Positions 1 through 13,583 of a stretch of DNA of 64,000 nt are shown here, in pieces. The notes under the pieces were generated by a model. The model saw only the letters and a list, made by a program, of their open reading frames with translations, was not told the origin of the DNA and ran no database searches. The stretch is from Squalus acanthias (Eukaryota): NCBI GenBank assembly GCA_030390025.1, contig CM059431.1, forward strand, positions 113,090,001 to 113,154,000. The letters are read 5' to 3'. Position numbers and translations under genes: made by a program. The first letter of the stretch is position 1; every line of letters begins with the position of its first letter.

Positions 1-900
1 CTTATGTTGGAGGGAAGGTCATTGATGAAGCAGCTGAAGATGGTTGGGTCTAGGACACTGCCCTGAGGAACTCCTGCAGCGATGTCCTGGGGCTGCGATG
101 ATTGACTTTCAACAACCACAACAATCTTCCTTTGTGCTAGGTATGACTCCAGCCAGTGGAGCATTTTCCCCCTGATTCCCATTAACTTCAGTTTTACTAG
201 GGCTCCTTGATGCCACACTTGGTCAAATGCTGCCTTGATGTCAAGGGCAGTCACTCTCACCTCACCTCTGGAATTCAGCTCCTTTGTCCATGTTTGGACC
301 AAGGCTGTAATGAGGTCAGGTGCCGAGTGGTCTTGGCGGAACCCAAACTGGGCATCAGTAAGCAAGTTATTGGTGAGTAAGTGCCGCTTGATAGCACTGT
401 CGATGACACCTTCCATCACTTTGCTGATGATTGAGAGCAGACTGATGGGGCGGTAATTGGCCGGGTTGGATTTGTCCTGCTTTTTGTGAACAGGACATAC
501 CTGGGCAGTCTTCCACATTGTCGGATAGATGCCAGTGTTGTAGCTGTACTGGAACAGCTTGGCTAGAGGCGCGGCTAGTTCTGGAGCACAAGTCTTAAGA
601 ACGATAGCCGGGATGTTGTTGGGGCCCATAGCCTTTGCTGTATCCAGTGCGCTCAGCCGTTTCTTGATATCACGTGGAGTGAATTGAATTGGCTGAAGAC
701 TGGCTTCTGTGATGGTGGGGACCTCGGGAGTAGGCCGATATGGATCATCCACTCGGCACTTCTGGCTGAAGATGGTTGCAAACACATCAGCCTTGTCTTT
801 TGCACTCACGTGCTGAGCTCCACCATCATTGGGGGTGGGGATATTCATGGAGCCTCCTCCTCCCGTTAGTTGTTTAATGGTCCACCACCATTCACGACTG
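1..900 (-). mobile_element. CR1-group LINE ORF2 fragment (RT region), runs off the window start
   Basis: Minus strand reads ...[26 protein letters not shown] (RT motif GVPQGSVL.P), with further RT-like sequence upstream. Confidence 0.85.
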
Positions 901-904
901 TTGA

Positions 905-1060
905 ATTCAAGAGTTATTATACAGTCTTTTACTACAACTCATTCTTTTCTCAGAGCTCAAAACTGTGGAACTACTTGCCTCTCAGTGTTCCTTCTACAAT
1001 TTTCTATGCTTTTAAGGTCCAAGTTTGGCATTACCGAATTCATACTATGACTTATTCATC
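905..1060 (+). mobile_element. Old LINE 3' end fragment
   Basis: YYNSFFSQSSKLWNYLP resembles the C-terminal SFF....LWN.LP motif of CR1-group ORF2. Confidence 0.5.
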
Positions 1061-2016
1061 TTTTATTTTGCTCTTTTCGGACTTGGCTCACTTATTTAAA
1101 TCTCAGCAGTATAAATAAGGGAGACTAGAGTGCAGTTTGTCATGGAGTGCAGATTGGAACAGAGTGTTAAGCTGCGAGTTTGGTGAGTGAGGGAGTAAAT
1201 CTTAAAGGTTAATCTCTTATTTTTATAAATTCTAGTCTTGTGTGCTTGCAATTAGCATTTACATTTACTGTTTCAAGTTTTAAGTTTCTTCCAGGCTTGG
1301 GCAGGGCTAAGCAAGCTCTGTGCTGGAGAGCAGGTGAGAGTAATTGTGGTAACACAATACAGCTTCCTGTGACTTGAACTTTATTACATCACTTCCTGTG
1401 ATTAGTCCAGGATAAATACTGGGCTGAGCAGTTGGATCCTGGAGAGGCATAGAGTAAGACCTCTTTTGTATGTAGCACCTTTTTAGTTGATTAAAGCTTA
1501 CTTTAAGTTCACCACGCGTAAGGCTCATTCTTACGACAGTAATTAATTAATTAACTGGTCTAATCTAGTTCTGTAACTGCCAGAGAGCTCACTTATTTCA
1601 ATCTCAGCAGTATAAATAAGGGAGACTAGAGTGCAGTTTGTCACAGAGTGCAGATGGGAACAGAGTGTTAAGCTGCGAGTTTGGTGAGTTCGGGAGTGGA
1701 GGTGTTCCTTCCTTTTTCCATCTTTGTCAGCTTCCTGGTGCGGCGGCGGACCTGCGTGAGGCGAGGTGGCGGCAGAGGGTTTAAAAGGCTCCAGAGACCA
1801 GGTAAGGCGGGACCAGTCTCCGAACTCGGAGGGAGGGAGAGAGGTAAAAAATAATCGAGGTGTGATGTCACCAGAAAGCAGGTAAGTAATTGGTTGGTGA
1901 GTATTTCTCTCTTTTTAAACTTAAACTCTGTGGTTTATAGTTTCTAAGGTGTGATATTCATCAGGCGGGGCAGAGGGTATTTAAAAAATATTAATACATT
2001 TAATTAATTACATAGA

Positions 2017-2940
2017 ATGGGAGAGCAGGTGATGTTACTGCTGCAATATGTGGGAGCTGGTGGACACCATTGATGCTCACGGTGATCACATTTGCAGTAA
2101 GTGTTGGCTGCTCGAGGAACTCCGGCTCCGTGTTGATGAGCTGGAGTCCGAGCTTCAAACACCGCGACACATCAGGGAGGGGGAGAGTTACCTGGACTCT
2201 GTGTTCCAGGAAGTAGTCACACCAATTAGATTAACTAATTCAGATGTAGTCCGTGGTCAGGGACAGGAGGGTGTGACTATGAGTGAGGCAGGTACGGGGA
2301 TCCAGGAGGTAGTGTTGGAGGAGCCGCAGCCCTTGCTCTTGTCCAACAGGTTCGAGGCTCTTACTCCCTGTGAGGCCGGGAGCAGGGACTGCAGGGACGA
2401 TGAGCAACCTGGCCACAGCACCGTGGAATGGGGGACCATTCAAGTGGGGGGAGTAAAAAGAAATGTTGTAGTGGTAGGGGATAGTATCATAAGGGGGATA
2501 GATAGGGTTCTTTGCAGCCGAGAGCGAGAGTCCCGAAGGTTGTGTTGCCTGCTCTGGGCTGGAGAGAAACTTGGAGTGGAAGGGGGAGGATCCAGTTGTC
2601 GTGGTCCATGTTGGTACCAACGACATAGATAGGACAAGGAAAGAGGTTCTGCTGAGGGAGTATGAGCAGCTAGGGGCCAAATTAAAAAGCAGAACCACAA
2701 GGGTAATAATCTCTGGATTACTACCTGAGCCACGAGCAAATTTGGCTAGGGTAAATAAGATCAGAGAGTTAAATGCGTGGCTGAAAGACTGGTGTGGGAG
2801 AAATGGGTGTTGCTTCTTGGGACACTGGCACCAGTACTGGGATGGGAGAGAGCTGTTCCGTTGGGATGGACTTCACTTGGCCAGTGCTGGGACTAGAATC
2901 CTGGCGAATTGAATAACTAGGGCTGTAGAGAGGGCTTTAA
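2017..2940 (+). pseudogene. CR1 ORF1p (zf/lz + SGNH esterase), frameshifted
   Basis: Split across ORFs 2048..2632 and 2571..2912, with a premature stop at 2910-2912. Confidence 0.85.
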
Positions 2941-2983
2941 ACTAATTAGTGGTGGGGAGGTTTCAAGAGAGCGAAGAATAAAA

Positions 2984-5926
2984 ATGTCAGCGGAGAAGGC
3001 AATAGAGCAAATTAGCAGTGGGGAAATTAAAAACCAGAGCGTGTCAGGAAGGGACAGAATATATAAAGATAAAGGTAAAGTAGTAAAGGGGGTAAAAGCA
3101 GGAATAAATTGTCACAAAACATGTTTAAAAGTTCTTTATCTGAATGCACGCAGCATTCCTAACAAAATAGACGAGTTGACGGTACAAATAACTACACATG
3201 GGTATGATCTGGTGGCCATTACAGAAACATGGCTGCGAGGTGACCATGACTGGGAACTAAACATCCAGGGGTATTTGACTATTAGGAAGGACAGACAGGA
3301 AGGAAAGGGAGGTGGGGTGGCTATGTTAATAAAGGATGGAATCACTGCAATAGTGAGAAATGATATTGGGTCAAAGGATCAGGATAGTGAAACAGTTTGG
3401 GTGGAGATAAGGAATAATAAGGGGAAAAAGTCACTAGTGGGCATAGTCTATAGTCCTCCTAACAGCTGTAACTCTATTGGTCGGAGTATAAATCAGGAAA
3501 TAGTTGGGGCTTGTAATAAGGGAGCAGCTATAATCATGGGAGACTTTAACTTTCATATTGACTGGACAAATCAAATTGGGCAGGGCAGCCTTGAGGAAGA
3601 GTTCATAGAGTGCATTTGGGATGGGTTCCTTGAGCAGTATGTTACTGAACCAACCAGGGGGCAGGCAATCTTCGATCTGGTCCTGTGTAATAAGACAGGA
3701 TTAATAAAAAATGTCCTAGTAAAGGATCCCCTTTGAATGAGTGACCATAACATGGTTGAATTCCAAATTCAGTTGGAGGGTGAGAGTTGGATCTCAAACC
3801 AGCGTACTAAGCTTAAATAAAGGAGACTATGAAGGTATGAGAGCAGAGTTGACTAAAGTGGACTGGGAAAATAGATTAAGGTGTAAGACGGTACAGGAGC
3901 AGTGGTATACATTCAAGGAGGTATTTCACAACTTTCAAGAAAAATATATTCCACTGAGGAAAAAGGGGCATAAAAGAAAAGACAGCCATCCGTGGCTAAG
4001 TAAAGTAATAAAGGATAGTATCCGACTAAAAACAAGGGCTTCTAAAGTAGCCAAATCTAGTGGGAGGATAGAAGATTGGGAAGCATTTAAAAGCCAGCAA
4101 AGAATAACTAAAAGATTAATTAAGAAGGGGAAGATAGATTATGAAAGTAAACTAGCAAAAAATATAAAAACAGATAGCAAGAGTTTCTACAGTTATATAA
4201 AAAGAAAAAGGGTGGCTAAAGTGAATGTTGGTCCCTTAGAGGACGAGACCGGGAAATTAGTAGTGGGGAACACGGAGATGGCAAATACGCTGAACAAATG
4301 TTTTGTATCAGTCTTTACAGTAGAGGATACTAAAAATATCCCAACACTGGACAAACGGGGGGCTATAGTGGGGGAGGAGCTAAACACGATTAAAATCACT
4401 AAAGAGATGGTACTCGGTAAGATAATGGGACTTAAGGCGAATAAATCCCCTGGACCTGATGGCTTACATCCTAGGGTCGAGAGAAGCAGCGGTAGGGATT
4501 GCGGATGCATTGGTGGTAATTTTCCAAAACTCCCTGGATTCGGGAAAGGTCCCAGCAGATTGGAAAACTGCTAATGTAACGCCCTTATTTAAAAAGGGCA
4601 GTAGACAAAAGGCTGGAAACTATAGACCAGTTAGCCTAACATCTGTGGTTGGTAAAATGTTGGAGTCCATTATTAAAGAAGCAGTAACAGGACATTTGGA
4701 TAAGCATAATTTAATCGGACAGAGTCAGCATGGTTTTATGAAGGGGAAATCATGCTTGACAAATTTGCTCGAATTCTTTGAGGACGTAACAAACAGGGTG
4801 GATAAAGGGGAACCAGTGGATGTGGTGTATTTGGACTTCCAAAAGGCATTTGATAAGGTGCCACACAAGATTACTGCACAAGATAAAAAATCACGGGATT
4901 GGGGGTAATATACTGGCATGGGTGGAAGATTGGCTATCTAACAGAAAACAGAGAGTTGGGATAAATGGTTCATTCTCGGGTTGGCAATCAGTAACTAGTG
5001 GTGTTCCGCAAGGGTCAGTGCTGGGACCCCAACTCTTTACAATCTATATTAACGATTTGGAGGAGGGGACCAAGTACAACGTATCCAAGTTTGCTGACGA
5101 TACAAAGATGGGAGGAAAAGCAGTGAGTGAGGAGGACATAAAAAACCTGCAAAAGGACATAGACAGGCTAAGTGAGTGGGCGGAAATTTGGCAGATGGAA
5201 TATAATGTTGGAAAGTGTGAGGTTATGCACTTTGGCAGAAAAAATCAAAGAGCAAGTTATTATCTAAATGGAAAGAAACTGCAAAGTGCTACAGTACAAA
5301 GGGATCTGGGGGTCCTGGTGCATGAAACACAGGTTAGTATGCAGGTACAGCAGGTGATCAGGAAGGCCAATGAAATCTTGGCTTTTATTGCAAGGGGGAT
5401 GGAGTATAAAAGCAGGGAAGTCTTGCTTCAGTTATACAAGGTACTGGTGAGGCCACACCTGGAATACTGCGTACAGTTTTGGTTTCCATATTTAAGAAAA
5501 GATATACTTGCTCTCGAGGCAGTTCAGAGAAGGTTCACTCGGTTGATTCCGGAGATGAGGGGGTTGACTTCTGAGGAAAGGTTGAGTAGGTTGGGCCTCT
5601 ACTCATTGGAATTCAGAAGAATGAGAGGCGATTTTATCGAAACATATAAGATTGTGAGGGGGCTTGATCGGGTGGAGGCGGGGAGGATGTTTCCACTGAT
5701 GGGTGAGACTAGAACTAGGGGGCATAATCTTAGAATAAGGGGCTGCCGTTTCAAAACTGAGATGAGGAGAAACTTCTTCACTCAGAGGGTAGTAAATCTA
5801 TGGAATTTGCTACCTCAGGGAGCTGTGGAAGCTGCGACATTAAATAAATTTAAAACGGAGATAGACAGTTTCCTAGCTGATAAGGGAATTAAGGGTTATG
5901 GGGAGCGGGCAGGGAAGTGGACGTGA
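2984..5926 (+). pseudogene. CR1 ORF2p (APE endonuclease + reverse transcriptase), disrupted
   Basis: Four overlapping ORFs (2984..3736, 3741..4574, 4459..4908, 4820..5926) reconstitute ORF2; in-frame TGA at 3734-3736 (PL*MSDH) plus several frameshifts. Confidence 0.92.
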
Positions 5927-6215
5927 GTCTAGGTTCGGATTAGCCATGATCCTATTGAATGGCGGAGCAGACCCGAGGGGCCATATGGCCTACTCCTGCT
6001 CCTACTTCTTATGCTCTTATGTTATGTTGGCGGTATTCTCTATGATCGGTCATGATCCTTCATCTTTGATTATCAATTAAATAAACAAAAAATAAAAATC
6101 TCATGTATTTGACCATGTTTATATGTTTTGTGCTAATCAAGGTGAGAGTTGTAAGTGCTGCGGACTGTAACAATTTCCATATCAGGCACCAAGGGCTGCA
6201 ACATTAAGAAACTAA

Positions 6216-6671
6216 GGGAGAATAATTCCCCCTCGCGCCCTGCAGCAGCGCCGGGTGATGTTACCGACTGCTGCAGGAGTCGCGAACAGTGAGGCCGGCC
6301 GCTTGTGGGGCGCCATTTAAATGCGCCGTGACCGGCCGACATTAAAAAAAAAATTCGCCGGACGCAGGCACCCCGGTGCTCCAGCAGATGCCAAAAAAAA
6401 TGCAGAGCTCACAGCGGGGAGCCCTTCCCTTTAATTGAGGGAAGAGCCCCTGCAACACGGCAGCACCATGCGTGGCCACATGTGGCGCTGCTGAGCACAT
6501 TGCCTCGGAGCGGGACATTCCCCGCCTCTTGCGCTCCAAGAGGCAAATAGAGCGCTTGATTTAGCTCTCCACTTCCTTCTTGGAGCAAAAAATGGGAATT
6601 TCTCAAATGCTAACTTTTCAAACATTTTTGACTTAGCGCCCCAAATGGCCCTCTAGGGGAATTTCTTCCCC
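6216..6671. mobile_element. PIF/Harbinger-type MITE
   Basis: Imperfect TIRs gggagaataattcccc / ggggaatttcttcccc with TAA on both sides (6213-6215, 6672-6674); GC-rich non-coding interior. Confidence 0.7.
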
Positions 6672-6880
6672 TAAGATTTTGACTCAACTAAGAACAGCAT
6701 TCTTACATTTTTCTATTTCATCTACCAACCCTCCTGTGAACTATTTGAGTAAGATTGCCAATCTCTGCTAACTTGGGGTTTGTTTCATGTCATGGGCCTA
6801 AGTACACTAGGAACTGGATTGAGACTGACAAACTCAATTCATCAGAATCTGATGAATAGTTGTAGAAATTGAAGTGTGTG

Positions 6881-7633
6881 TGCCATAATTTGCTGTGGCA
6901 GGGCATTAACGACGTCCTTGCACGTTCACGTTTTAAAATTTTTGTGTGGTAAGTTGCTGAAAGTGCAAACTGATAATGTCGCAGCAAGGGAAACTGACCC
7001 TCTGGGACCTGAGTGAACAGGTCAAGCAACTGGGTATTTCCTTAACAAATCAGATTGAGAAATTAACAGCGCAAGGACTGAGAAGGAAGTGTAAATTAGA
7101 GTGGGTGAATTCAATGTCAAATCAGGTACAGGAAGAGAAATAAAGAGAGGGAAAGAAAGATTGGATTAAGAGAGGAAGAGAAAAAACAGAAAGGAAAAGT
7201 AAAAAAGATTTTAATTTAAAATTTTACTTTTTTTAAATCTCCAACAACAATTAAAACCTGAAGGAATGAGGCTCCACACTTGTAATAGTTAATTTTCAGA
7301 GCCAGAGAGGTTGATTGGCAGTAATTAACACTCATCACATCATTAAAAGGGTACAGTCTGAAATGGACAAGACTAAACATTTTGTGGCAAGTTTAGTTTG
7401 TATCTTCCACACAAATACATCAACTTCAGCCGTTCAATGCTTTTCAGTTGTGAGGCAGACAGCGAGATGATGTTTTCGCGAAGCTAATGGCTGAGCGGCA
7501 CATCTCATACAGCAACTTTTGGATTGTGGCATTTAACCACACATCTGCCCTCGCTGGCACCTGTTGTAGCATTTTGCGCATCAATAATAGAGGGCAATTA
7601 GCCTCGCCATTATTTTGACAGCAGATTATTGGC
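6881..7633. mobile_element. Probable non-autonomous DNA transposon (Harbinger-like ends)
   Basis: Left end gccataatttgctgt versus right end acagcagattattggcc (imperfect inverted termini); purine-rich interior. Confidence 0.45.
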
Positions 7634-7635
7634 CA

Positions 7636-7830
7636 TTGAAGTATACATACACAGGTGTGTGTGTATGTTGAACCATACTTAAGTACACAGGTACATGTGC
7701 TAAACATACTAAACTTTACACACACAGGTACATGTGCTAACAGACTGAAGTATAGAGACACAGGTACATGTGCCAAACACTGAAGTACATACACAGGTAC
7801 ATGTGCTGAACACACTGAAGTATACACAGG
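7636..7830. repeat. Minisatellite, unit ~31-36 nt, core acacaggtacatgtgc..ctgaagta
   Basis: Four clear copies of acacaggtacatgtgc plus degenerate flanking units. Confidence 0.85.
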
Positions 7831-8139
7831 TTTGCAGCAATAAAACCAGGACAGGTTAAAAAATGTAAAAGAAACATTCAAACGGGTGAGTTGTAGCACT
7901 CTTGCAAGACGACATTCCTCCTTTGATGTGGGCGGCGCTTTGGTGACAACAGCCACCCCCCCCACCCCCCACCATCCCTCTTTGAATAAAAGGTTTCATA
8001 TTATGCAACAAGAAACCAAAAGTGTCTCCTTATGCTTTTATTAGAAAAAGCACACACGCACTCATATAGAGTAACTGCTGCCATTTGAGTGTGTGAGAGA
8101 GAGAGGGGGCTGGCACATATTAATCTAACGTAGAGGAGG

Positions 8140-9352
<1,213 letters not shown>

Positions 9353-10920
9353 CACTGTCCGTTCAGACTCAGTACTTAATCATCTTCCACCACCATTTGC
9401 CAATAAGATGCCTTTCTACCTTGTTGTATTGTCCAAGCTTTCCCTTTATGTTTGTGTCACTGATCCACACTCTACAAGTCTGTGTTTCATCCTTTAGATT
9501 TCTTGTCTGTGTTATGATCATGTTTTATAGCATCTGCCAATTGACATGCGATGCTGTTTTAAAATAAAACCACTTTCCATCCTGTCTTGGGTCCAGGTTG
9601 ACTGGTCACTGAAAGGGCTGAGGTGCATTTTTGTGGTCCTTTAGGGTCGTGCCATTTGATGTAATCTTCCTTTTGATTGAAAAGGAGGTCAATAACCATA
9701 GTGAAATCAGATTTTTATTTACCAGGTTAACCTCCTCATTAAAAATTAAAAAACAGTTTAAAACCATTGTGTGTTGGAAGCGGTTTGCTGCTCATCGCAT
9801 TCTGAAGCAATATTTTAACAGTCCTTGGGAATTACAAGCCTATAGTGACTGACTTTATGCTTGAACGGGGAGTGATAACAAAAGCAGAAAATGAGAATGC
9901 AAGGATCCTTTAATTAACTCCAGGTCTCCAATTTCAGCGCTCAAACTGCCTGATGTTGCACAAGAACCACTGAATTATAGTAAACCATTTGTACGTTTTG
10001 TACTGTTTTGCTTTGTTGACAGTTGCGTTTTAGGCCTTTTTTAATTGACCCCAGTGTCACCGAACAGGAACATAAAAGCATTGTTGCAGGGGCCCTAGGG
10101 CACCACTATAATATAATAAACAAAGTCTAATTAATATGCTTGATAAAGCAACAGAACACCAATTAAATTATGATATTGGCGTCTAAAATGCACGCTTAGC
10201 CCAGCAGCGCCCATCGGTCGCGGAACATTTTTATTGATCATTAGAATGTTACTTGTCAAAGTCAAGTGGATCCTTGACCTAATACACTCTACCTAATAAT
10301 GCTGTGTAAAAATTGGCAAGGGACATAGTTATACTATGATCTCATTAAATGGCGGAGCAGGCTCGAGGGGCCAAATGGCCTACTCCTGCTCATTTCTTAT
10401 GTTCTTATTACTATAGGTACTGGCACCTGCTTTAAACTATGTGGAGCCATCAAACCCAAGCTATACTGCTGATTCCACATCACTCTCTGACCAGGGGAGA
10501 AGAACTCTTAACTACTCACTGACATCCAAATGCTGGTTACATTTTAACGCTAACAAATTGCTGATAGGACACTAAACCTTTGCTCAGATTAAAATTCATT
10601 CTTAAGAACAAGGGTCAGAAGAGATCCAGTAAGATAAGTTTTAAATGTAATTTTACAGGTTTCCTTGTGGGCCAGGAGGAGCTGGAGTGCTCCTTTGGGT
10701 CCCACAATGAAACCATGGGCTTCCCCTGCCCTGGTTTTAATGGCCGGGCAGCCGCTTCCTGCTGACTTCCTGGCCGTTTAGGCCCGGTCGTGAATATGAA
10801 CTGAGTTGCCCTGTTACCGCTCCTGGGTGAGCCAGCTGCTCATTTCCCGTGCTCCTGCCCAGGAGATAAAATTGAGCCTGACATTGCAGCACTGCCTCAG
10901 TACTGTCGCGTCAGTTAGAA

Positions 10921-11688
10921 TGGCCCGTAATTTCCGATAGGAGGCTTCCATGCGTGCGGATGCCTCCTATCGGGTGGGGGGGGGGGGGGGGGGAATCTAC
11001 GGCCTTACCTGAGGGCTCCCGAGGTCCGGCTATTTCCGATCCTGGGCCTCTCCATGATGAAATGCGCAGGGCCCAGGTATCCCAGGGGCGCAGGCAGTTC
11101 GCAAGCGTCCCTGGGATCACGTGGGCCAGGCCAGCCAATGGGAGAAGGGAATCCCCCTTCATACTTTTGACGGATAGACCTGTCAAATATATGAATGGGG
11201 ATCACCCCAAAAAGACATCAAAACATAAAATAAATTTAAAAAAATCACATTTTTAAAATGAGTTAAAATTACATTAAATTAAATATTTTAAACAAAAATT
11301 TAATTTTTTGAAAAAGATCATTGAAGTTTTTTACGGGGCTAAAAATAAACTTTTTTAAAAGTATTTTTAAATTATAAATGAGTGGAAAAAAAATTATTTT
11401 TTAAACTTTTTAAAACTCTTATGCTGGTAAAAGCAGGCCTTATGCCTGCTTTTACCAGGCGTAAGATTTTTAAGTGATTTCAGCGGGCGGAGGTTCTGCA
11501 GAAAGTGGAACTCTCCACCCCGCAGAGGCCCTTCTCCAGGGCAGGCGTCCGATCTGTCGAGGATTCTTGACAGATCGGAAATGCCGGTTTTCAGCGCATG
11601 CACTTCGCCTGCCTGAAACCGGCATTTCCAATGTCTCTACGTGCGTACACAGTGCGTACACACCCGTAGGGATCGGAAAATACGGGCC
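10921..11688 (+). mobile_element. ~750 bp MITE family A, copy 1 (Harbinger-like), nested in a decayed SINE
   Basis: TIR ggcccgtaatttccgat / atcggaaaatacgggcc; homologous to 18391-19061 and 48398-49160. The flanks (10887-10920 and 11690-11777) rejoin to give a SINE 5' region on the minus strand. Confidence 0.85.
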
Positions 11689-12049
11689 ATCATCTATTCA
11701 AGTGCTGGTTTGAGGTTTAAGCCCATAATCGCTCGAGTCTGAAGGCGGAAGTGTTACCATTGAACCAAGCTGACACGAAATAGCTTCAAAATGGTGCTAC
11801 AAATCTTCAATGGCTGATTGCTGTACTGATGTATACCACTGAGAAATTGCGTAGACGTCTAACTAACACAATTGGGGGCCTAATTTTACCGTCATTAACC
11901 AAAGACTGGTGGGAGTTTCTGGAAACAGTACAAAAGTTGATCAGAAAATTGGATAAAGTGCTAAATGGATGGAAATCTGGTGTACTGGGTCTATGCCATT
12001 TTACCCACTTTACACCTGTTGATCGGGTGTAACCAATCATCAAATCCAT

Positions 12050-12425
12050 TCTGAAATAAAAACAGAAAATGCTGGAAATATTCAGCAGGTCAGGCAGCAT
12101 CTGTGGAGAGAGAAACAGCGTTAAAGTTTCAGGTCGATGACCTTTCATCAGAACTGGAAAAAGTTAGAGATGTAACAGGTTTTAAGCAAGTGCAGAGGCA
12201 GGGAAAGGACGGAGGGGAGGAAAGAACAAAAGGGACGGTCTGTGATAGGGTGGGAGGCTGGAGTGATTAAATGACAAAAGGGATGATTGTACAAAGCAAA
12301 AGGAGAGGGTAATGGCGTAAGTAAAGAAACAAAAGATGGGTCTAGAAGTGTAAATGGGAAGGGCAGAATCATCAACAGCTGCCATCTGGAAAAAATAGAG
12401 GCAGAGTTTATGGTCTAATGTGTTT
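12050..12425 (-). mobile_element. Penelope-like element 3' region (family P1) with hammerhead motif at 12120-12155
   Basis: Same terminal sequence as 23655, 24028, 36448, 45422 and 56160. Minus strand reads agtt-CTGATGA-a-AGGTC atc GACCT-GAAA-ct-TT-aac. Confidence 0.7.
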
Positions 12426-12749
12426 CTAATATCCCTCGGTATAGTACTGATGTACATTGCATTTCTAGATGCGTGGGTTGGAATCATGAATGAAAAGTGG
12501 CTGAACAGAAGTAGCATTGAAACATAGCGAACACAATGCCATTTAAAAACCAGTAGTATTTTTGTCCCAGAATAAAAGGCACCGTTATTTTCAGTCTTTC
12601 AAGCATGTAATAAAAAGGGGCTTGAGGTTGTTATGAATGAAATGCATTCCTATCTAATCCTCTTTGTTCAATTTTAATATTTATCAATAGAATGCATAAA
12701 CTAATTGCATATTTTAAAAGCAGAAACCTATAACACTATATTTATGACC

Positions 12750-13583
12750 ATCATAGAATCATAGAAAGTTACAGCACGGAAGGAGGCCATTTCGGCTCAT
12801 GTCTGCGCCGGCCAACAAAGAGCTATCCAGCCTAATCCCACTTTCCAGCTCTTGGTCCGTAGCCCTGCAGGTTAGAGCATCCCAAGTGCACGTCAAAGTG
12901 CTTTTTAAATGTGATTAGGGTTCCTGCCTCTACCATCTTTTCAGGCAGTGAGTTCCAGACCCCCACAACCCTCGGTGAAGAAATTTCCCCTCAAATCCCC
13001 TCTAAACCTTCCACCAATTACTTTAAATCTGTGCCCCCTGGTTTTTGACCCCTCTGCTAAGGGAAATAGGTCCTTTCTATCCACTTTATCTAGGCCCCTC
13101 ATAATTTTATACACCTCAATAAGGTCGCCCCTCAGCCTCCTCTGTTCCAAGGAAAACAGACCCAGCCTATCCAGTCTGTCCTCATAGCTAAGATTCTCTA
13201 CTCCCGGCAACATCCTTGTAAATCTCCTCTGTACCCTCTCTAGTGCAATCACATCTTTCCTGTAATGTGGTGACCAGAACTGCATGCAGTACTCTAGCTG
13301 AGGCCTAACTAGTGTTTTATACAGTTGAAGCATAACCCCCCTGCTCTTGTATTCTATGCCACGGCTAATAAAGGCAAGCATTCCGTATGCCTTCTTAACC
13401 ACCTTATCTACCTGGCCTGCTACCTTCAGGGATCTGTGGACATGCACTCCAAGGTCCCTTTGTTCCTCTACACTACTCAGTGCCCTACCATTTAATGTGT
13501 ATTCCCTTTCCTTGTTGGCCCTCCCCAAATGCATTACCTCACACTGCTCTGGATTGAATTCCATTTGCCACTGTTCTGACCAA
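12750..13583 (-). mobile_element. CR1 LINE 3' fragment
   Basis: ORF 12941..13618(-) WQMEFNPEQC...QRDLGV...RPQLEYC...RGHRFK; (ttctatga)n tail at the left end. Confidence 0.92.

Larger units (their letters stand above)
1086..6027 (+). mobile_element. Near full-length decayed CR1 LINE (5' UTR, ORF1, ORF2, 3' microsatellite tail)
   Basis: ORF1 ~2017-2940 has a HICSKC zinc-finger/leucine-zipper-like start and SGNH esterase motifs (VVVGDSIIRG, VVHVGTND, WDGLHL). ORF2 ~2984-5926 has APE motifs (YLNARS, AITETWL, MGDFN) and RT motifs ([26 protein letters not shown]). Tail is ttcttatg-like repeats at ~6005-6027. The 5' boundary is approximate. Confidence 0.93.

Noticed and set aside
2017..5926. Active CR1 element
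   Set aside because: Both ORFs contain frameshifts and premature stops.
7636..7830. CRISPR-like regular repeats or a p53 site array
   Set aside because: The spacers are variants of one another rather than unique, the context is eukaryotic with no cas genes, and the ACATGT cores lack the RRRCWWGYYY flanks.
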